DNA of 64,000 nt, taken from positions 17,431,045 through 17,495,044 of the forward strand of contig NC_092680.1 in NCBI RefSeq assembly GCF_964355755.1, written 5' to 3'. Position 1 is the first letter of the stretch. Every line of letters begins with the position of its first letter. Source of the stretch: Antedon mediterranea (taxonomy: Eukaryota > Animalia > Echinodermata). The position numbers and the translations under genes were made by a program. The notes under the pieces are model-generated. The model was not told the origin of the DNA, searched no databases, and saw only the letters and a list, made by a program, of their open reading frames with translations. Shown one piece after another: positions 40,814-56,947 of the stretch.

Positions 40814-41557
40814 TTATAATTATGCTCGATAAATACGAATAAATATAATATTATTAGTCTGGTCAAAAATCACCCTCACCATGGTATGAGAACGTACCCT
40901 AATAAAATTCCATCCGTATGTTAATGTCATCCATTGGCAATGGGGGAAGCGGTGGGTGTGGCGGCGGGTGAAAGGGGAACATTAAAAATGTTGATACGAT
41001 TCAGACGAATCCCAAACCAGCCACTTTGATACGCTTTAATTTGTGGAAAGTGAAAGTACCAGTATCATCTTTCGTATACGCGAAATGGATTCTCATTAAA
41101 TGATTGGTTCTTACTTTTATTAGGATTATAATTGCTAGTGATAGTTAAAAAAAGTTGGAAAAAAAGAATGTCCAGATTAAAACCAGATAACTAGGAGATC
41201 ATTACGCGTCCGATATAACATGCCCATAAAGTATAAACAATCCATCATGATAATAGGTATATTAGAGGCTGTAATGTGTTTAAATATATAAAATGCTTTT
41301 TTTCCATGATAAAAACAGAAATACATTCATAAAAATATAATATTCTGCCTCTTGTGTTAAAAAAAAGAAAAGAGGCATTAACTAACAAAACCGCATCGGG
41401 TTTCGTTTAATTATTAATACCTATAACCATCCGATAGAAGTATGACGAGTGAGGGCGCATATATATAAAGAGTTACGACATTGGATTTTAGTCACGTGAT
41501 ATGAAGATCAAGTTGTGTCAAACTTGTCTCCATTAATGCATGTAAAGTATAGGAGCA
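40814..41557. mobile_element. Insertion of about 745 bp absent from the paralogous block
   Basis: The paralog at 29171-29195 reads AGCCGGCTTTGTACAAAATACTTT without interruption; weak termini TGCTC.../...GAGCA. Confidence 0.55.
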
Positions 41558-41887
41558 ACAAAATACTTTTCAACATTTTCTTATATTTAAAAAAATGTAA
41601 TTGCGCATTTTACGGTGAAATATCGACGTGCACAGCGTACAGAAGTACTTGCGGCAAAGAATATTGCGCGTGCGTGCGCTAGTAACGTTCGATTGATTGA
41701 TTTTGGAACAAAACATCCTATAACAATTATGTAATATTTTCAATTCATGATGTATACTTTGATGACTAAATAAAATAATAAAGTGTCGTGGATATATTTG
41801 TTAATATACTGAAAAGGGTATGAACAATATTAAAATAATAAAGGCAAATTATTACAAATGAAATGATGAACGAGTCTCTGAATGTTA

Positions 41888-42052
41888 AGCCGATTTTCCA
41901 CTAGGCGAATATGTTCGCGCGAATCGAAGGCGTCAGCTAATACGCATGCGTAGAGAAGGATTTGGAAGACGTAAACATAAATACACATGCGTACAAGCTC
42001 AAGCTGGCGCGTTCGATTCGCGCGAACAAATTCGCCAAGTGGAAAATCGGCT
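41888..42052. mobile_element. PIF/Harbinger-type MITE with TTA TSD
   Basis: TIR AGCCGATTTTCCACT(A/T)GGCGAAT; empty site GAATGTTAATAAC at about 29510; partial copy at about 54096-54172. Confidence 0.9.
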
Positions 42053-42499
42053 TTAATAACGTTGGCGGCGCAGTTTGTGTAAAAAACACACAGAAAGCCA
42101 TAATATACTGCATAAAAAGAGGGGTGAATTTGTTTTTTGTATTGGTTCATTCTTTGATGTATCCTAACTTCCATGTAGGCCCTAGTATTTATTTTTTTGT
42201 TATTATAAAAAATATATATATATTTTAACAAATCAATACCATTAATAAAATTAATTACTAAAATAAAAACGGAATCTAAGCGTTATTTCATAGACAACAA
42301 AATCTAAAAATAATGCATGGAACTACAGTACAGGAAAACACTATACAAAAGAGACGCGCGCGCCCTCAGCGTGCAAATTCTTTGACACAAAAATGGCTTC
42401 TAATCTTCAATGTCGTAACTCTTTATTATTATTGTGGCTCTGCTGTAAAATTGCGTCGCCCAGTTTGACCTTTTAACCCCGTACTTCCGACCGATAATA

Positions 42500-45400
42500 G
42501 AGGTATATTCAGAGCGTCATTTCGACGATCGAGCATTCTCTACTTCTACGGAGCGCCATTTATGCCTTTATTTACTTACGAAATAGAAATAGTACTACGG
42601 TAGCTGCTCCAGTGGACCAAATTTAGCACTAGTGGAGCACAGTGATATAAAATAGAAATAAGTCACTGAATTTTAATATATTTTTGTATGTTAATACACT
42701 GTGCTCAAGTGGACCCAATTTGGAGCCAGTGGAGCACAGTGATATAAAATAGAAAAAAGTCACTGAATTTTAATATCTTTTCGTATGTTAATACATTGTG
42801 CTCAAGTGGACCCAATTTGGCGCCAGGAGAACACAGTGATATAAAATAGAAATAAGTCATTGAATGTTAATATATTTTCGTATGTTAATACACTGTGCTC
42901 AAGTGGACCTAATTTGGAGCACAGTGATATGAAATAGAAATAATAGAAATAAGTCATTGAATGTTAATATCTTTTCGTATGTTAATACACCGTGCTCAAG
43001 TGGACCCAATTTGGAGCCAGTGGAGCACAGTGATATAAAATAGAAATAAGTCACTGAATTTTAATATCTTTTCGTATGTTAATACATTGTGCTCAAGTGG
43101 ACCCAATTTGGAGCCATGGGAGCACAATGATATAAAATAGAAATAAGTCATTGAATGTTAATATATTTTCGTATGTTAATACACTGTGCTCAAGTGGACC
43201 TAATTTGGAGCACAGTGATATGAAATAGAAATAATAGAAATAAGTCATTGAATGTTAATATCTTTTCGTATGTTAATACACCGTGCTCAAGTGGACCCAA
43301 TTTGGAGCCAGTGGAGCACAGTGATATAAAATAGAAATAAGTCACTGAATTTTAATATCTTTTTGTATTTTAAACACTGTGCTCAACTGGACCCAATTTG
43401 GAGCTAGGGGAGCACAGTGATATAAAATAGAAATAAGTCACTGAATTTTAATATAATGTAAATGTAAACCCTTTCTTCATGTTAAATATTCTCGTGTCTA
43501 TGTTTGTAAAAATGGTATTTTCTGTAGACTCTCGTCATTGTACAATTCATGTCTTTTAAAAAAATAATTCTTTAGATATTTTTAACTGTAATTTTTCTCA
43601 ATTTAAATGTATTATTAATGAAATTATTTAAATTTTCTTTTTCATTTCTATATATTTATATTGGCTCATATTTTATAGTTTAGTTTTATTTTCAACCTGT
43701 TATTGGTGTTTTACATTGTTGGTTTGATATAAAGAATAAAGAATAAAGAATATTTTCGTATGTTAATACACTGTGCTCAAGTGGACCTAATTTGGCGCCA
43801 GTGGAGCACAGTGATATAAAATGGAAAAAGTCACTGAATTTTAATATCTTTTCGTATTTAATATACACTATGCTCAAGTGGACCCGATTTGGAGCCAGGG
43901 GAGCACTGTGATATAAAATAGAAATAAGTCACTGAATTTTAATATCTTTTCGTATGTTAATACACTGTGCTTACGTCGACCCAATTTGGCGCGTGCGCCA
44001 GTGAGCACAGTAATATAAAATAGAAAAAAGTCACTAAATTTTAATATCTTTTCGTCTGTTAATACACTGTGCTCAAGTGGACCCAATTTGGCACCAATGG
44101 GAGCACAGGGAAATAGTCACATACAAAAACATCGAGAAAAAATATTTCTGGAATTTAAAAATATTTCAAACTTGGTATATATGTTCAATATCGGTTACTC
44201 CATCCGTAAACCAAAAGAAAAAATAGTTTCAAGCCACATCAGTGATTTTAATAACTTGCGTTCGCTTAAGATAATACTTATGAAAAAACATACAATTCCG
44301 ACACATATTATGTTAAACTCTAATAATGATTTTGACAACAAAAAAAACGGTTAGGAATTCGATTTTTCCCCTGTAAATTGAGCAACTTAAATTTAAAATA
44401 TATATTGAAATCAAGGAGTATTTTTTTTTACAAAAGAAATGTTCGTATGTTAATACATTGTGCTCCAGTGGATCCAATTTGGCGCCAGTGGAGCACAGGG
44501 AAATAGTCACATACAAAAACTTCTAGAAAAAATATTTATCGAATTCAAAAATATTTCAAACTTGATATATAAGTTCAATATCGGTTACTCCATCCGTAAT
44601 GTAAAAGAAAAATTAGTTTCAAGCCACATTTAGTGATTTTAATAACTTGCGTTTGTCTAAGATAAATACTTATGAAAGAACATACAATTCCAACACATTT
44701 TTTTAAACTTTAGCGATTAAAAAAAAGACATATGTTAAAAATATGAATTATGTAGTAACATATTGAACGTGTAGTAACCTATTGAACGTATACTACCAAA
44801 TTTCAAATGTGTAGGACAATTATTTTATGACGATCAACATTTAAAGTTTAAAAAATGTGTTGGAATTCTATGTTCTATCATAAATATACATTTTAAACGA
44901 ACGAAAATTACTAAAATCACTGATATGGCTTGAAACTAATTTTTCTTCTGCATTACGGATGGAGTAACCGATATTGAACTTATATACCAAGTTTTAAATA
45001 TTTTTGAAATCCAGAAGTATTTTTTCTTGATGTTTTTGTATGTGACTATTTCCCTGTGCTCCACTGGCGCCAAATTGGATCCACTGGAGCACAGTGTATT
45101 AACATACGAACAGTTCTTTTGTAAAAAAAAAATACTCCTTGATTTCAATATATATTTCTTGGTATATTTTTAATTTAAGTTGCTCAATTTACAGGGAAAA
45201 AATCGAAATCCTAACCGGTTTTTTTTTGTAAAAATCATTATTAGAGTTTAACATATGTGTCGGAATTGTCTGTTTTTTCGTAAGTAGTATCTTAAGCAAA
45301 CGCAAGTTATTAAAATCACTGACGTGGCTTGAAACTATTTTTTCTTTTGGTTTACGGATGGAGTAACCGATATTGAACAAATATACCATGTTTGAAATAT

Positions 45401-46195
45401 TTTTTAATTCGAGAAGTATTTTTTCTCGATGTTTTTGTATGTGACTATAATTCCCTGTGCTCCCATTGGTGCCAAATTGGGTCCACTTGAGCACAGTGTA
45501 TTGAAATACGAAAAGATATTATAATTTAGTGACTTTTTTCTATCTTATATCACTGTGTGCTCACTGGCGCGCGCGCCAAATTGGGTCCACGTGAGCACAG
45601 TGTATTAACATACGAAAAGATATTAAAAATCATTGACTTATTTCTATTTTATATCATTGTGCTCCCATGGCTCCAAATTGGGTCCACTTGAGCACACTGT
45701 TATTAACATACGAAAAGATATTAAAATTCAGTGACTTATTTCTATTTTATATCACTGTGCTCCCCTTGCTCCAAATAGGGTTGGGTCCACTTGAGCACAG
45801 TGTATTAACATACGAAAAAATATTAAAATTCAGTGATTTATTTTTATTTTATATCATTGTGTTCCCATGGCTCCAAATTGGGTCCACTTGAGCACACTGT
45901 TATTAACATACGAAAAGATATTAAAATTCAGTGACTTATTTCTATTTTATATCACTGTGCTCCTCACTGGCGCCAAATTGTGTCCACTTGAGCACAGTGT
46001 ATTTACATACGAAAAGATATTAAAATTAGTGACTTATTTCTATTTTATATCACTGTGCTCCACCGGTGCTAAATTTGGTCCACTGGAGCAGTTACCGTAG
46101 TACTATTTCTAATTCGGAAGTAAATAAAGGCATAAATGGCGCCCCGTAGAAGTAGAGAATGCTCGATCGTCGAAATGACGCTCTGAATATACCTC
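42500..46195. mobile_element. Foldback DNA transposon FB-2 (same family as FB-1)
   Basis: Same GAGGTATATTCAG termini; TSD GATAATA at 42493-42499 and 46196-46202 (CGATAATAG if 9 bp); 97-bp repeat arms; unrelated AT-rich patch at about 43455-43750. Confidence 0.92.
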
Positions 46196-46735
46196 GATAA
46201 TAGATAGAAGAACAGGAGATTCTTCTGTTAATTATAAGTTCTTTGATTGGAACATTAACAAATATCTTCGATCGAAGTTTATTTTACAGAAAGATGCTTG
46301 AACTTTGAATGTGTGTATGCATTGCGCGCGATCCATGATAAGCAGAGAGATGTTTGAAAATGTCTAAATGTATTATTAGGCCCTAGCCTAGAGTAGATAG
46401 GTGTACTCTACTAGTAGTAGGCTAGTACTAGCTAGTAGCACAGAGTAGAGGCCTATCATCATCTGACTTTCGGAATTGCAAGTTCGAGAAGAGGCATTTA
46501 TTGGGACCGCGGTGGTGGAAGCGGACAAGAGAGGCTTCGGTCTAAGCCAAGGTAGCCTAGCTAGGCTAGACAAGAGTTATTGTTTGAAAATGAGAGGCAT
46601 TTTGGTTTTGACATTCAGCATCATTATATACTTACTATAAATAGAAATTTTACGTACACGTAATTTAAATACAGTAAGTTTAAAAAAAATTTGGGTTGAG
46701 CAAAAAACCAACATTAACAATATCATTCATAAATT

Positions 46736-49579
46736 ATGAAATATAAATGTGAACACTGTGGAGATAAATTTGAGTTCATTGATTTGAAGGTGCATTTAGG
46801 AATACATCTAACATGGACTGTGGAAGAGTTGAAATGTGAATATGGGATAAAATTTAAAGAAAGTGGGAGTTTCAAAAGTCATTTGAGAATACACACAGGA
46901 GAGACACCATATGAATGTGAACATTGTGGGAAGAAATTTAAAGAACAAGGATCTTTGAAAAGTCATTTGATAATACACACAGGAGAGACACCATATGAAT
47001 GTGAACATTGTAGGAAGAAATTTAAAAGAAGTGGGCCTTTGAAAAGTCATTTGAGAATACACACAGGAGAGACACCATATGAATGTGAACATTGTGGGAA
47101 GAAATTTAAAAGAAGTGAGCATTTGAAAAGTCATTTGAGAATACACACAAGAGAGAAATCATATGAATGTAAACAATGTGGGAAGAAATTTAAACTTAAT
47201 GGGAATTTGAAAAGTCATTTGAGAATACACAAAGGAGAGACACAATGTGGTAAGAAATCTAAACAAAGTGGACCTTTCGAAAGATATTTGAGAAAACACA
47301 CAGGCGAGAAAACATATGAATGTGAACATTGTAGGAAGAAATTTAAAAGAAGTGAGCATTTGAAAAGTCATTTGAGAATACACACAGGAGAGACACCATA
47401 TGAATGTGAACATTGTGGAAAGAAATTTAAACTTAATGGGCATTTGAAAAGTCATTTGAGAATACACACAAGAGAGACACCATATGAATGTGAACATTGT
47501 GGGAAGAAATTTAAAAGAAGTGGGTCTTTCGAAAAACATTTGAGAATACACACAGGCGAGAAATCATATGAATGTGAACATTGTAGGAAGAAATTTAAAA
47601 GAAGTAAGAATTTGAAAAGTCATTTGAGAATACACACAGGAGAGACACCATATGAATGTGAAGAATGTGGGAAGAAATTTAAAAGAAGTGAGCATTTGAA
47701 AATTCATTTGAGAATACACACAGGAGAGACACCCTATGAATGTGAACATTGTGGGAAGAAATTTAAACATAATGGGAATTTGAAAAGTCATTTGAGAATA
47801 CACACAGGAGAGACACCATATGAATGTGAACATTGTGGGAAGAAATTTAAAAGAAGTGAGCATTTGAAAAGGCATTTGAGAATACACACAGGAGAGACAC
47901 CATATGAATGTGAACAATGTGGGAAGAAATTTAAACATAATGGGAATTTGAAAATTCATTTGAGAATACACACAGGAGAGACACCATATGAATGTGAACA
48001 TTGTGGGAAGAAATTTAAAGAACAAGGATCTTTGAAAAGTCATTTGATAATACACACAGTAGAGACACCATATGAATGTGAACATTGTAGGAAGAAATTT
48101 AAAAGAAGTGGGCCTTTGAAAAGACATTTAAAAATACACACAGGAGAGAGATCATATGAATGTGAACATTGTGGGAAGAAATTTAAAAGAAGTGAGCATT
48201 TGAAAAGTCATTTGAGAATACACACAAGAGAGAAATCATATGAATGTAAACAATGTGGGAAGAAATTTAAACTTAATGGGAATTTGAAAAGTCATTTGAG
48301 AATACACAAAGGAGAGACACAATGTGGTAAGAAATCTAAACAAAGTGGACCTTTCGAAAGATATTTGAGAAAACACACAGGCGAGAAAACATATGAATGT
48401 GAACATTGTAGGAAGAAATTTAAAAGAAGTGAGCATTTGAAAAGTCATTTGAGAATACACACAGGAGAGACACCATATGAATGTGAACATTGTGGGAAGA
48501 AATTTAAAAGAAGTAAGAATTTGAAAAGTCATTTGAGAATACACACAGGAGAGACACCATATGAATGTGAACATTGTGGGAAGAAATTTAAAAGAAGTGA
48601 GCATTTGAAAAGTCATTTGAGAATACACACAAGAGAGAAATCATATGAATGTAAACAATGTGGGAAGAAATTTAAACTTAATGGGCATTTGAAAAGTCAT
48701 TTGAGAATACACAAAGGAGAGACACCATATGAATGTGAACATTGTAGGAAGAAATTTAAAAGAAGTAAGAATTTGAAAAGTCATTTGAGAATACACACAG
48801 GAGAGACACCATATGAATGTGAACAATGTGGGAAGAAATTTAAAAGAAGTCAGCATTTGAAAATTCATTTCAGAATACACACAGGAGAGACACCATATGA
48901 ATGTGAACATTGTGGGAAGAAATTTAAACAGAATGGGAATTTGAAAAGTCATTTGAGAATACACAAAAGAGAGACATCCTATGAATGTAAACAATGTGGG
49001 AAGCAATTTAAAGGAAGTGGGTCTTTCGAAAAACATTTGAGAATACACACAGACGAGAAATCATATGAATGTGAACATTGTGGGAAGAAATTTAAACATA
49101 ATGGGAATTTGAAAAGTCATTTGAGAATACACACAGGAGAGACACCATATGAATGTGAACATTGTGGGAAGAAATTTAAACATAATGGGAATTTGAAAAG
49201 TCATTTGAGAATACACACAGGAGAGACACCATATGAATGTGAACATTGTGGGAAGAAATTTAAAAGAAGTGAGCATTTGAAAAGTCATTTGAGAATACAC
49301 ACAGGAGAGACACCATATGAATGTGAACAATGTGGGAAGAAATTTAAACATAATGGGAATTTGAAACTTCATTTGAGAATACACACAGGAGAGACACCAT
49401 ATGAATGTGAACATTGTGGAAAGAAATTTAAAGAAAGGGGGTCTTTGAAAAGACATTTGAGAATACACACAGGAGAGACATCATATGAATGTGAACATTG
49501 TGGAAAGAAATTTAAAGAAAGGGGGTCTTTGAAAAGACATTTGAGAATACACACAAGAGAAACACCTTATGAATGTTAA
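46736..49579 (+). CDS. Large tandem C2H2 zinc-finger protein ZNF3 (34 finger-like units, about 30 canonical)
   Basis: 947-aa ORF with the same N-terminus as ZNF2; ends at a GAA>TAA stop inside a finger. Confidence 0.85.
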   Translation: MKYKCEHCGDKFEFIDLKVHLGIHLTWTVEELKCEYGIKFKESGSFKSHLRIHTGETPYECEHCGKKFKEQGSLKSHLIIHTGETPYECEHCRKKFKRSGPLKSHLRIHTGETPYECEHCGKKFKRSEHLKSHLRIHTREKSYECKQCGKKFKLNGNLKSHLRIHKGETQCGKKSKQSGPFERYLRKHTGEKTYECEHCRKKFKRSEHLKSHLRIHTGETPYECEHCGKKFKLNGHLKSHLRIHTRETPYECEHCGKKFKRSGSFEKHLRIHTGEKSYECEHCRKKFKRSKNLKSHLRIHTGETPYECEECGKKFKRSEHLKIHLRIHTGETPYECEHCGKKFKHNGNLKSHLRIHTGETPYECEHCGKKFKRSEHLKRHLRIHTGETPYECEQCGKKFKHNGNLKIHLRIHTGETPYECEHCGKKFKEQGSLKSHLIIHTVETPYECEHCRKKFKRSGPLKRHLKIHTGERSYECEHCGKKFKRSEHLKSHLRIHTREKSYECKQCGKKFKLNGNLKSHLRIHKGETQCGKKSKQSGPFERYLRKHTGEKTYECEHCRKKFKRSEHLKSHLRIHTGETPYECEHCGKKFKRSKNLKSHLRIHTGETPYECEHCGKKFKRSEHLKSHLRIHTREKSYECKQCGKKFKLNGHLKSHLRIHKGETPYECEHCRKKFKRSKNLKSHLRIHTGETPYECEQCGKKFKRSQHLKIHFRIHTGETPYECEHCGKKFKQNGNLKSHLRIHKRETSYECKQCGKQFKGSGSFEKHLRIHTDEKSYECEHCGKKFKHNGNLKSHLRIHTGETPYECEHCGKKFKHNGNLKSHLRIHTGETPYECEHCGKKFKRSEHLKSHLRIHTGETPYECEQCGKKFKHNGNLKLHLRIHTGETPYECEHCGKKFKERGSLKRHLRIHTGETSYECEHCGKKFKERGSLKRHLRIHTRETPYEC

Positions 49580-51396
<1,817 letters not shown>

Positions 51397-52877
51397 GAAA
51401 TGTGAATGTGAATAGAATCCTAATTTAGAAGCTATAAATTCTTTTATAATTTAAGAGGATCTGATCTGTCTGTCTATATGTGGAAACAATCAAGGTATAA
51501 AAGATGGGCTAACCATGATGAACAAAGAGGTGTCTAGATAGGCCTATCATCATCTGACTTTCGGACAATGTAGGAAGAATTGTAAAAGAAGTAATAATTT
51601 AAACATTCATTTGAGAATACATACAGGAGAGACACCATATTATGTGTAGTGATTCTCTACAATAGGTTTCTATATCTGTTCTTTCTTTTGTTTTTATTTG
51701 TGTGTTCATGAAGAAAGCTCCATTGAGTAACCAATATCAGTATTGTAAATACTATGAACCTTTTTCTCTCTGAGCTGAAATCAAATGCCGCGTACATTAC
51801 CTTATGGTTAGTCTGGGTTCCAGACGGAGGTTTGTTTTAATACAGTATTAGTAAAAAGATAAATATTTTGGCACATATGGCGTTTCATATGTATACTTCT
51901 TGATTTTGGTATTTTCACAAAAATCGAAATAAAAATAAATAAATAAAAAAAGACAATGAATATGGGGCAAGTCTACCTTATGATTTGCAAATTACATACC
52001 CATACACAAACGGACATAAACTTGTTATCCGTCACATTAAACAATGTACAAATATAAAACTACCGTCATTAAATAAATTCATATGATTCCAAATCAATCT
52101 ATTAGGCCTAATTGTTTTAGTTGAACCAAAATAATGTACTTTTAGAGTTATAAGAAACTCATTTTCTTTTTATTTTTAAACATGACCCACACGTGTTATC
52201 TAACACAGATCATGTCAAATGATTGTGCAGATGAAAAGGAAACGCATAAGAGAGAGACTGTATTCTTAAAGAAAGGAAATATATAACATCAATGATATAA
52301 CGGCGAATGTGTCTTGCACACATGATTGTCCAGAGGCTTAAAGGGAAACGCTCAAAAGTAAAAGTACGATTTTTAAAAAGGAAGAAGATCTAAAAAACGA
52401 TATAAAAAAGATATTATGTGGTCAAACAACAAAACAGTTTACTCTGAAACGATCATAAGTAGGTAATTTATTTTACTGAATCAATTAAGGTGTTTATTAA
52501 GAGCAAGTTTTAGTATGAAATTAATGTTGTATGTATTTAAATCAATAGGTGTAAATTTGATATAATAATTGAAACTGTTTACATTACTACTATCTTTACA
52601 TTTTGTTATTAAAAAAGTTTATATCTACAGTTAGCAGGTATTCTATCTATAATCACAATCAACACGTTTAAGTTGATATGGTGGAGTGATTTGTTAAAAT
52701 GCATACAATTAAATTGGATCAACCATAATCGATAGTTGTTAAATTTGCATGAGATGATTACATTATAAATTTGTCTCCAATAAATATGGATAAACCTCAT
52801 ATAGCTTTAATGTTTGATTTAGATACAGTACAGTAATTATTTTATTTGGGGAAAATGTCCTAAAATACTGTACCTAA

Positions 52878-53056
52878 AGCGTGGTTCCCACTAGTGACGC
52901 AACACAAGGACGTAACGCAACGCAAGTGAATTGACCAATCACAAGCGATGGCTTATTCACTTGTGATTGCTAACTGTCTATAACTTCGCTTGTCATTGGT
53001 TAAAACGCTTGCGTTGCGTTTACGTCCTTGCGTTACGTTCTAGTGGGAACTAAGCT
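52878..53056. mobile_element. Harbinger-like MITE
   Basis: TIR AGC(G/T)T(G/A)GTTCCCACTAG...ACGCAA; flanks TAA/TTA. Confidence 0.8.
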
Positions 53057-53419
53057 TTAGCTACACTAAATACAGACAACTGTCTAAAAAATTATAGTAA
53101 AACTCTAATATTTTTGAGAACTTGAGAACTTCATTTAGTTAACGTATATGGGGATTTAGAGGCTGCTGTGTCGGTTCATGTCTTAAAGGAAAAATGAAAT
53201 TATTATTTTTCAAAAGACGACTAGTTCCATGCCCTTCCAAACCTCATGTAGACGCCCCTTGTTATTTCATGGAAGGATAATCGTAAATATAATAATGTTC
53301 ATTTTACAGATTTCTTTTTCCGAAAATCTGTTCTCAAATGGATCCGAAATCAACAACACAAACACTCTAAATGAGATACTAAGTTTTAAAACTTAGCCGA
53401 TACCGTAATAATATTGTAC

Positions 53420-54003
53420 ATCATAAGTGTCACAGTCTCTTGTAAAAGTTCAACAAGGGTATTTCGAGTCTGTTGCAAATGTAGGCCTAAATCCTAGTTG
53501 AGTTATTTCCTTAAACAAAGTCATATGATTTGTTGGGACACTTATGGTTATTTTTGGAATAAAATCGGTTGTCGTAAATCGCCTTCGTAGAGATGGTAAT
53601 GATTGAATATGTTTGCCACACTGGTAGATATATTCCACGAGGATGAACTTCCTGTGCGTACCTCTATGAAATCCAAGTATTTTCCTGTCTTTTTATTTTC
53701 AACTAATTGGATAAGGTCTTCTAGTTGGTAGAAATCTGCTTCAGATGATAAAATATCCCACTCTTTAAATCCCTCAGGTAGAATAAGTTTTGATCTTCGT
53801 AGGAAATTCAAAACATGTCGGAATGCAGGCCCATCTCCGTCAATAATGTAGCGATTACACTGATCAACTTTAGAAGGAAGACGACCACTGAACATAGCAC
53901 CCAGCATAGAATCTGGATAACGAATTATTAATGTTGATCGACTTGTGGTGTAAAAACAACCACCAACGTTTAGCTCCAAAACTTCATCAACCTTTGAATC
54001 CAT
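53420..54003 (-). pseudogene. KCTD6/21-like BTB gene copy 1, probably disabled in its C-terminal domain
   Basis: BTB intact (ORF 53548-54003); frameshift near 53605 (LPSL...KEITQLGF continues in another frame) and TGA in place of the W of WTFTR at 53450. Confidence 0.75.
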
Positions 54004-54601
54004 GTCTGCAAACTAACTTGAAAATCAGAATATAAACTAAAAGGACAATGGTTATATTATGGTTAGATTCGAACAATTTCCTTCAATCACTATAAAGCCG
54101 ATTTTCCACTAGGCTAATATGTTCGCGCCAATCGGATGCGTCAGCTTATACGCATGCGTAGAGAAGGATTTTAAATATGAAAACATGAATCAGACTTTGA
54201 ACTATGATTAAGGAAAAGAACGGACATAATGTTGATACAGTCCCTCGTGAACAGACACTTAATATGACTGATTTTACAAATCTTATTTATCTAATGATCA
54301 AGCACTTTTGTAAGAGATAGACTAGGGTAGGCCTATCGATGTCTGCTTCGTTTGGTTTGCTGTGTCAAAGACATGAACATTGGTCGAATCAATTTTTTTA
54401 AACAAATGTGCTGTATACTTATTTTTGCAAATAAATGTTTGAAGACTACGGGCTTAATTGAGAATTGTCAATGAATGTTTAAGATGCATGTATACAACAT
54501 TAGCTCAACCCTAATGGTAAAGTTAGGGATATCATGAATGGAACATTGATTTTCCGTTTATGTTTTTGTTATTGTTATAATAACAGTTAATCGGTGATTT
54601 A

Positions 54602-55291
54602 CTATAGAAGACATTCTCTTGCAAATGTCCACCTAGCATGGCGACTTGCAAAGGATGTTGATATCAATGTAAACCCTAGTTGAGTTATCTCCTTAAAAAG
54701 TTGCAAACGATTTAATGAAAAGTGTTCGGGAAGTTTCAATCCATACTCAGCGTGCTTACAATAACCATTATAAACCATCTCCGGCTCATAACAGCTTTCT
54801 CGCTGCTTAGACATCAATCCAGATTTTACACATGGCATCTTGTCGATTAGGTTAGGTGAGGCAAACAACCACCAAAAGCCGGCTACTGTAGGTGGTACAA
54901 ATATTTGTTGAGTTTTAGGATAACCACTTTTACACGAGCCCACAAATTCTACTTCTATGAAGTCAAAACATTTGCCCGTCATTCTTTTATCAATGAGTTG
55001 AATCAGCTCCGGAATTTGGTAAAAATCTGCTTCAGCTGATAAAATATCCCAATCCTTAAATCCATTGGGTAGAATAAGTTTGGATCTTCGTAGGAAATTC
55101 AAAACGTGTCGGAATATAGGCCCATCTCCGTCAATAATGTAGCGGTTACACTGATCGACTTTAGAAGGAAGACGACCACTAAACATAGCACCCAGCATAG
55201 AATCTGGATAACGAGTTAAGGTTGATCGACTTGTGGTGTAAAAACAACCACCAACATTTAGCACCAACACGTCGTCTACATGCGAATCCAT
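54602..55291 (-). CDS. BTB/POZ domain protein, KCTD6/KCTD21-like (copy 2, intact)
   Basis: LNVGGCFYTTSRSTLTRYPDSMLGAMFSG...FRHVLNFLR...EADFYQI; C-terminal KEITQLGF...WTFAR. Confidence 0.9.
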   Translation of the reverse strand: MDSHVDDVLVLNVGGCFYTTSRSTLTRYPDSMLGAMFSGRLPSKVDQCNRYIIDGDGPIFRHVLNFLRRSKLILPNGFKDWDILSAEADFYQIPELIQLIDKRMTGKCFDFIEVEFVGSCKSGYPKTQQIFVPPTVAGFWWLFASPNLIDKMPCVKSGLMSKQRESCYEPEMVYNGYCKHAEYGLKLPEHFSLNRLQLFKEITQLGFTLISTSFASRHARWTFARECLL

Positions 55292-56947
55292 GTTTCAAAT
55301 TATCTGCCACAACAAAAACTGCAAAATTATGTCCAGGTTAGATTTTATGGCTCAAACCATTATGACACGTACGTGTAGTGTTTATTTATGGCTAGGAATT
55401 ACGGTTTGAAAAACGATATCATCGAAAGCAGCTCCATATCAGGCTCCAGGGGCGCAGCCAAGAAAAAGGCTTTGCTAGTTTTAGATAGCTTTGTTTGTTA
55501 AGTTTCTTTTACCAGGAGGCATTCATATCTTTTTAGCCAAACCTAGGAATGGAGCGGGTTTATGGTTTACCTTGCACAATATCATATCTTTAACGTTTAC
55601 ATTAATTATTTTAGCAATATCGACTTCCTCAATTTGGCGGAGGTAAATAATATACAACAGTTAAGTTGATTATCAAATATAATTCACCCTCCTGGTCCCC
55701 CGCCATAAAGAACACAGTACCGAACAATTTATTCTTTCTTCGAAAGACAAAATAGATCCTGTTTACAATATTTCTCTTCTTATTCCGGAGAACAATCCAA
55801 CTGTACTCTACAAAATAATGGCTTCGTTCTTCACCATCAATTCAAGTACAAAATCTCCTTACAATTCTGGGTTATTACGGTATCCCCACCCGTTCCAATT
55901 TGCCAGCCTTTTCCACCTCACAATTTGACTATCATTTTCTATCCTGGTCGTTTCTCGTTCCCATCTCTAATGTTCAGTTAATTCCTGGCATTCACGATAT
56001 TGTGCGATCCATATTTCTAGCTTATAATTCATTATGTAATATTTATACACCAAAAGATGTGGTGAATAATAGTATGAGAAGGTAGAGTTAGGTACTTTTC
56101 GTGTCTGTATTATGCTAGTTTGTTTTGAAATATAATTGTATACTTATTATTAATTCGCTTTTTAGATAGTGTTAAGTATACTTTCAATTCACATATTTTA
56201 ACATGATCGAAAAATGTATAAATTTGCGCTACACACTATGTGTTGTTCAGCCCCATGTCAACAGACAATAACAGCGTACCATTCTATCTTATTTATTTAA
56301 CACAATGATTAACTTAACACAAGTGGTTAAACATTATGACAAGCCTGAATGTGATTTTCAGCAAAGCGATGTCTCGGGGGTTGAAGTTAGAAACCTGAAA
56401 TAGCCTACACAGGTTTTTCACTAAACCACCATAAGCGGAGCCTCAATCTGCGATTCTCCGCCGTATCTCTATACTTTCTGTGTGTCTAATTTGTATACTA
56501 CAAAATACATTGAGACTATAGGCTTTAACAGTCAATCTTTATTGAATTGTTTTACAACTACCAAATGAAAAAAGCAGCAAAATACATACACAGTTAATTT
56601 AGTAATATTGTAATAATAATAATAATTGTTCTTTTAGGTTAGGACTGGACTTGGAACAACAATATTTTAACTTTCTCGAATTTGCTCCTACAAAATTATG
56701 CGAATATCCACCTGTTAACATTTAACCCATTTTTGCGGACTGGCTTATTGGAATTGTCTCTTTAAAAGCCTTAGGGAAAATGGCAATCAATATTAGGCAT
56801 AAGAAATGGTGCCACAAAATCAAAACGATACATTGATCAACTAAACAAATCTTGACAACTTGCGTTACTAAAGAAATTTGAACAATTAGTAGCACGTTAT
56901 TTACACATTATATAGTGGGCGCAGTGGTCTCTCTGGTAAATGTCCAT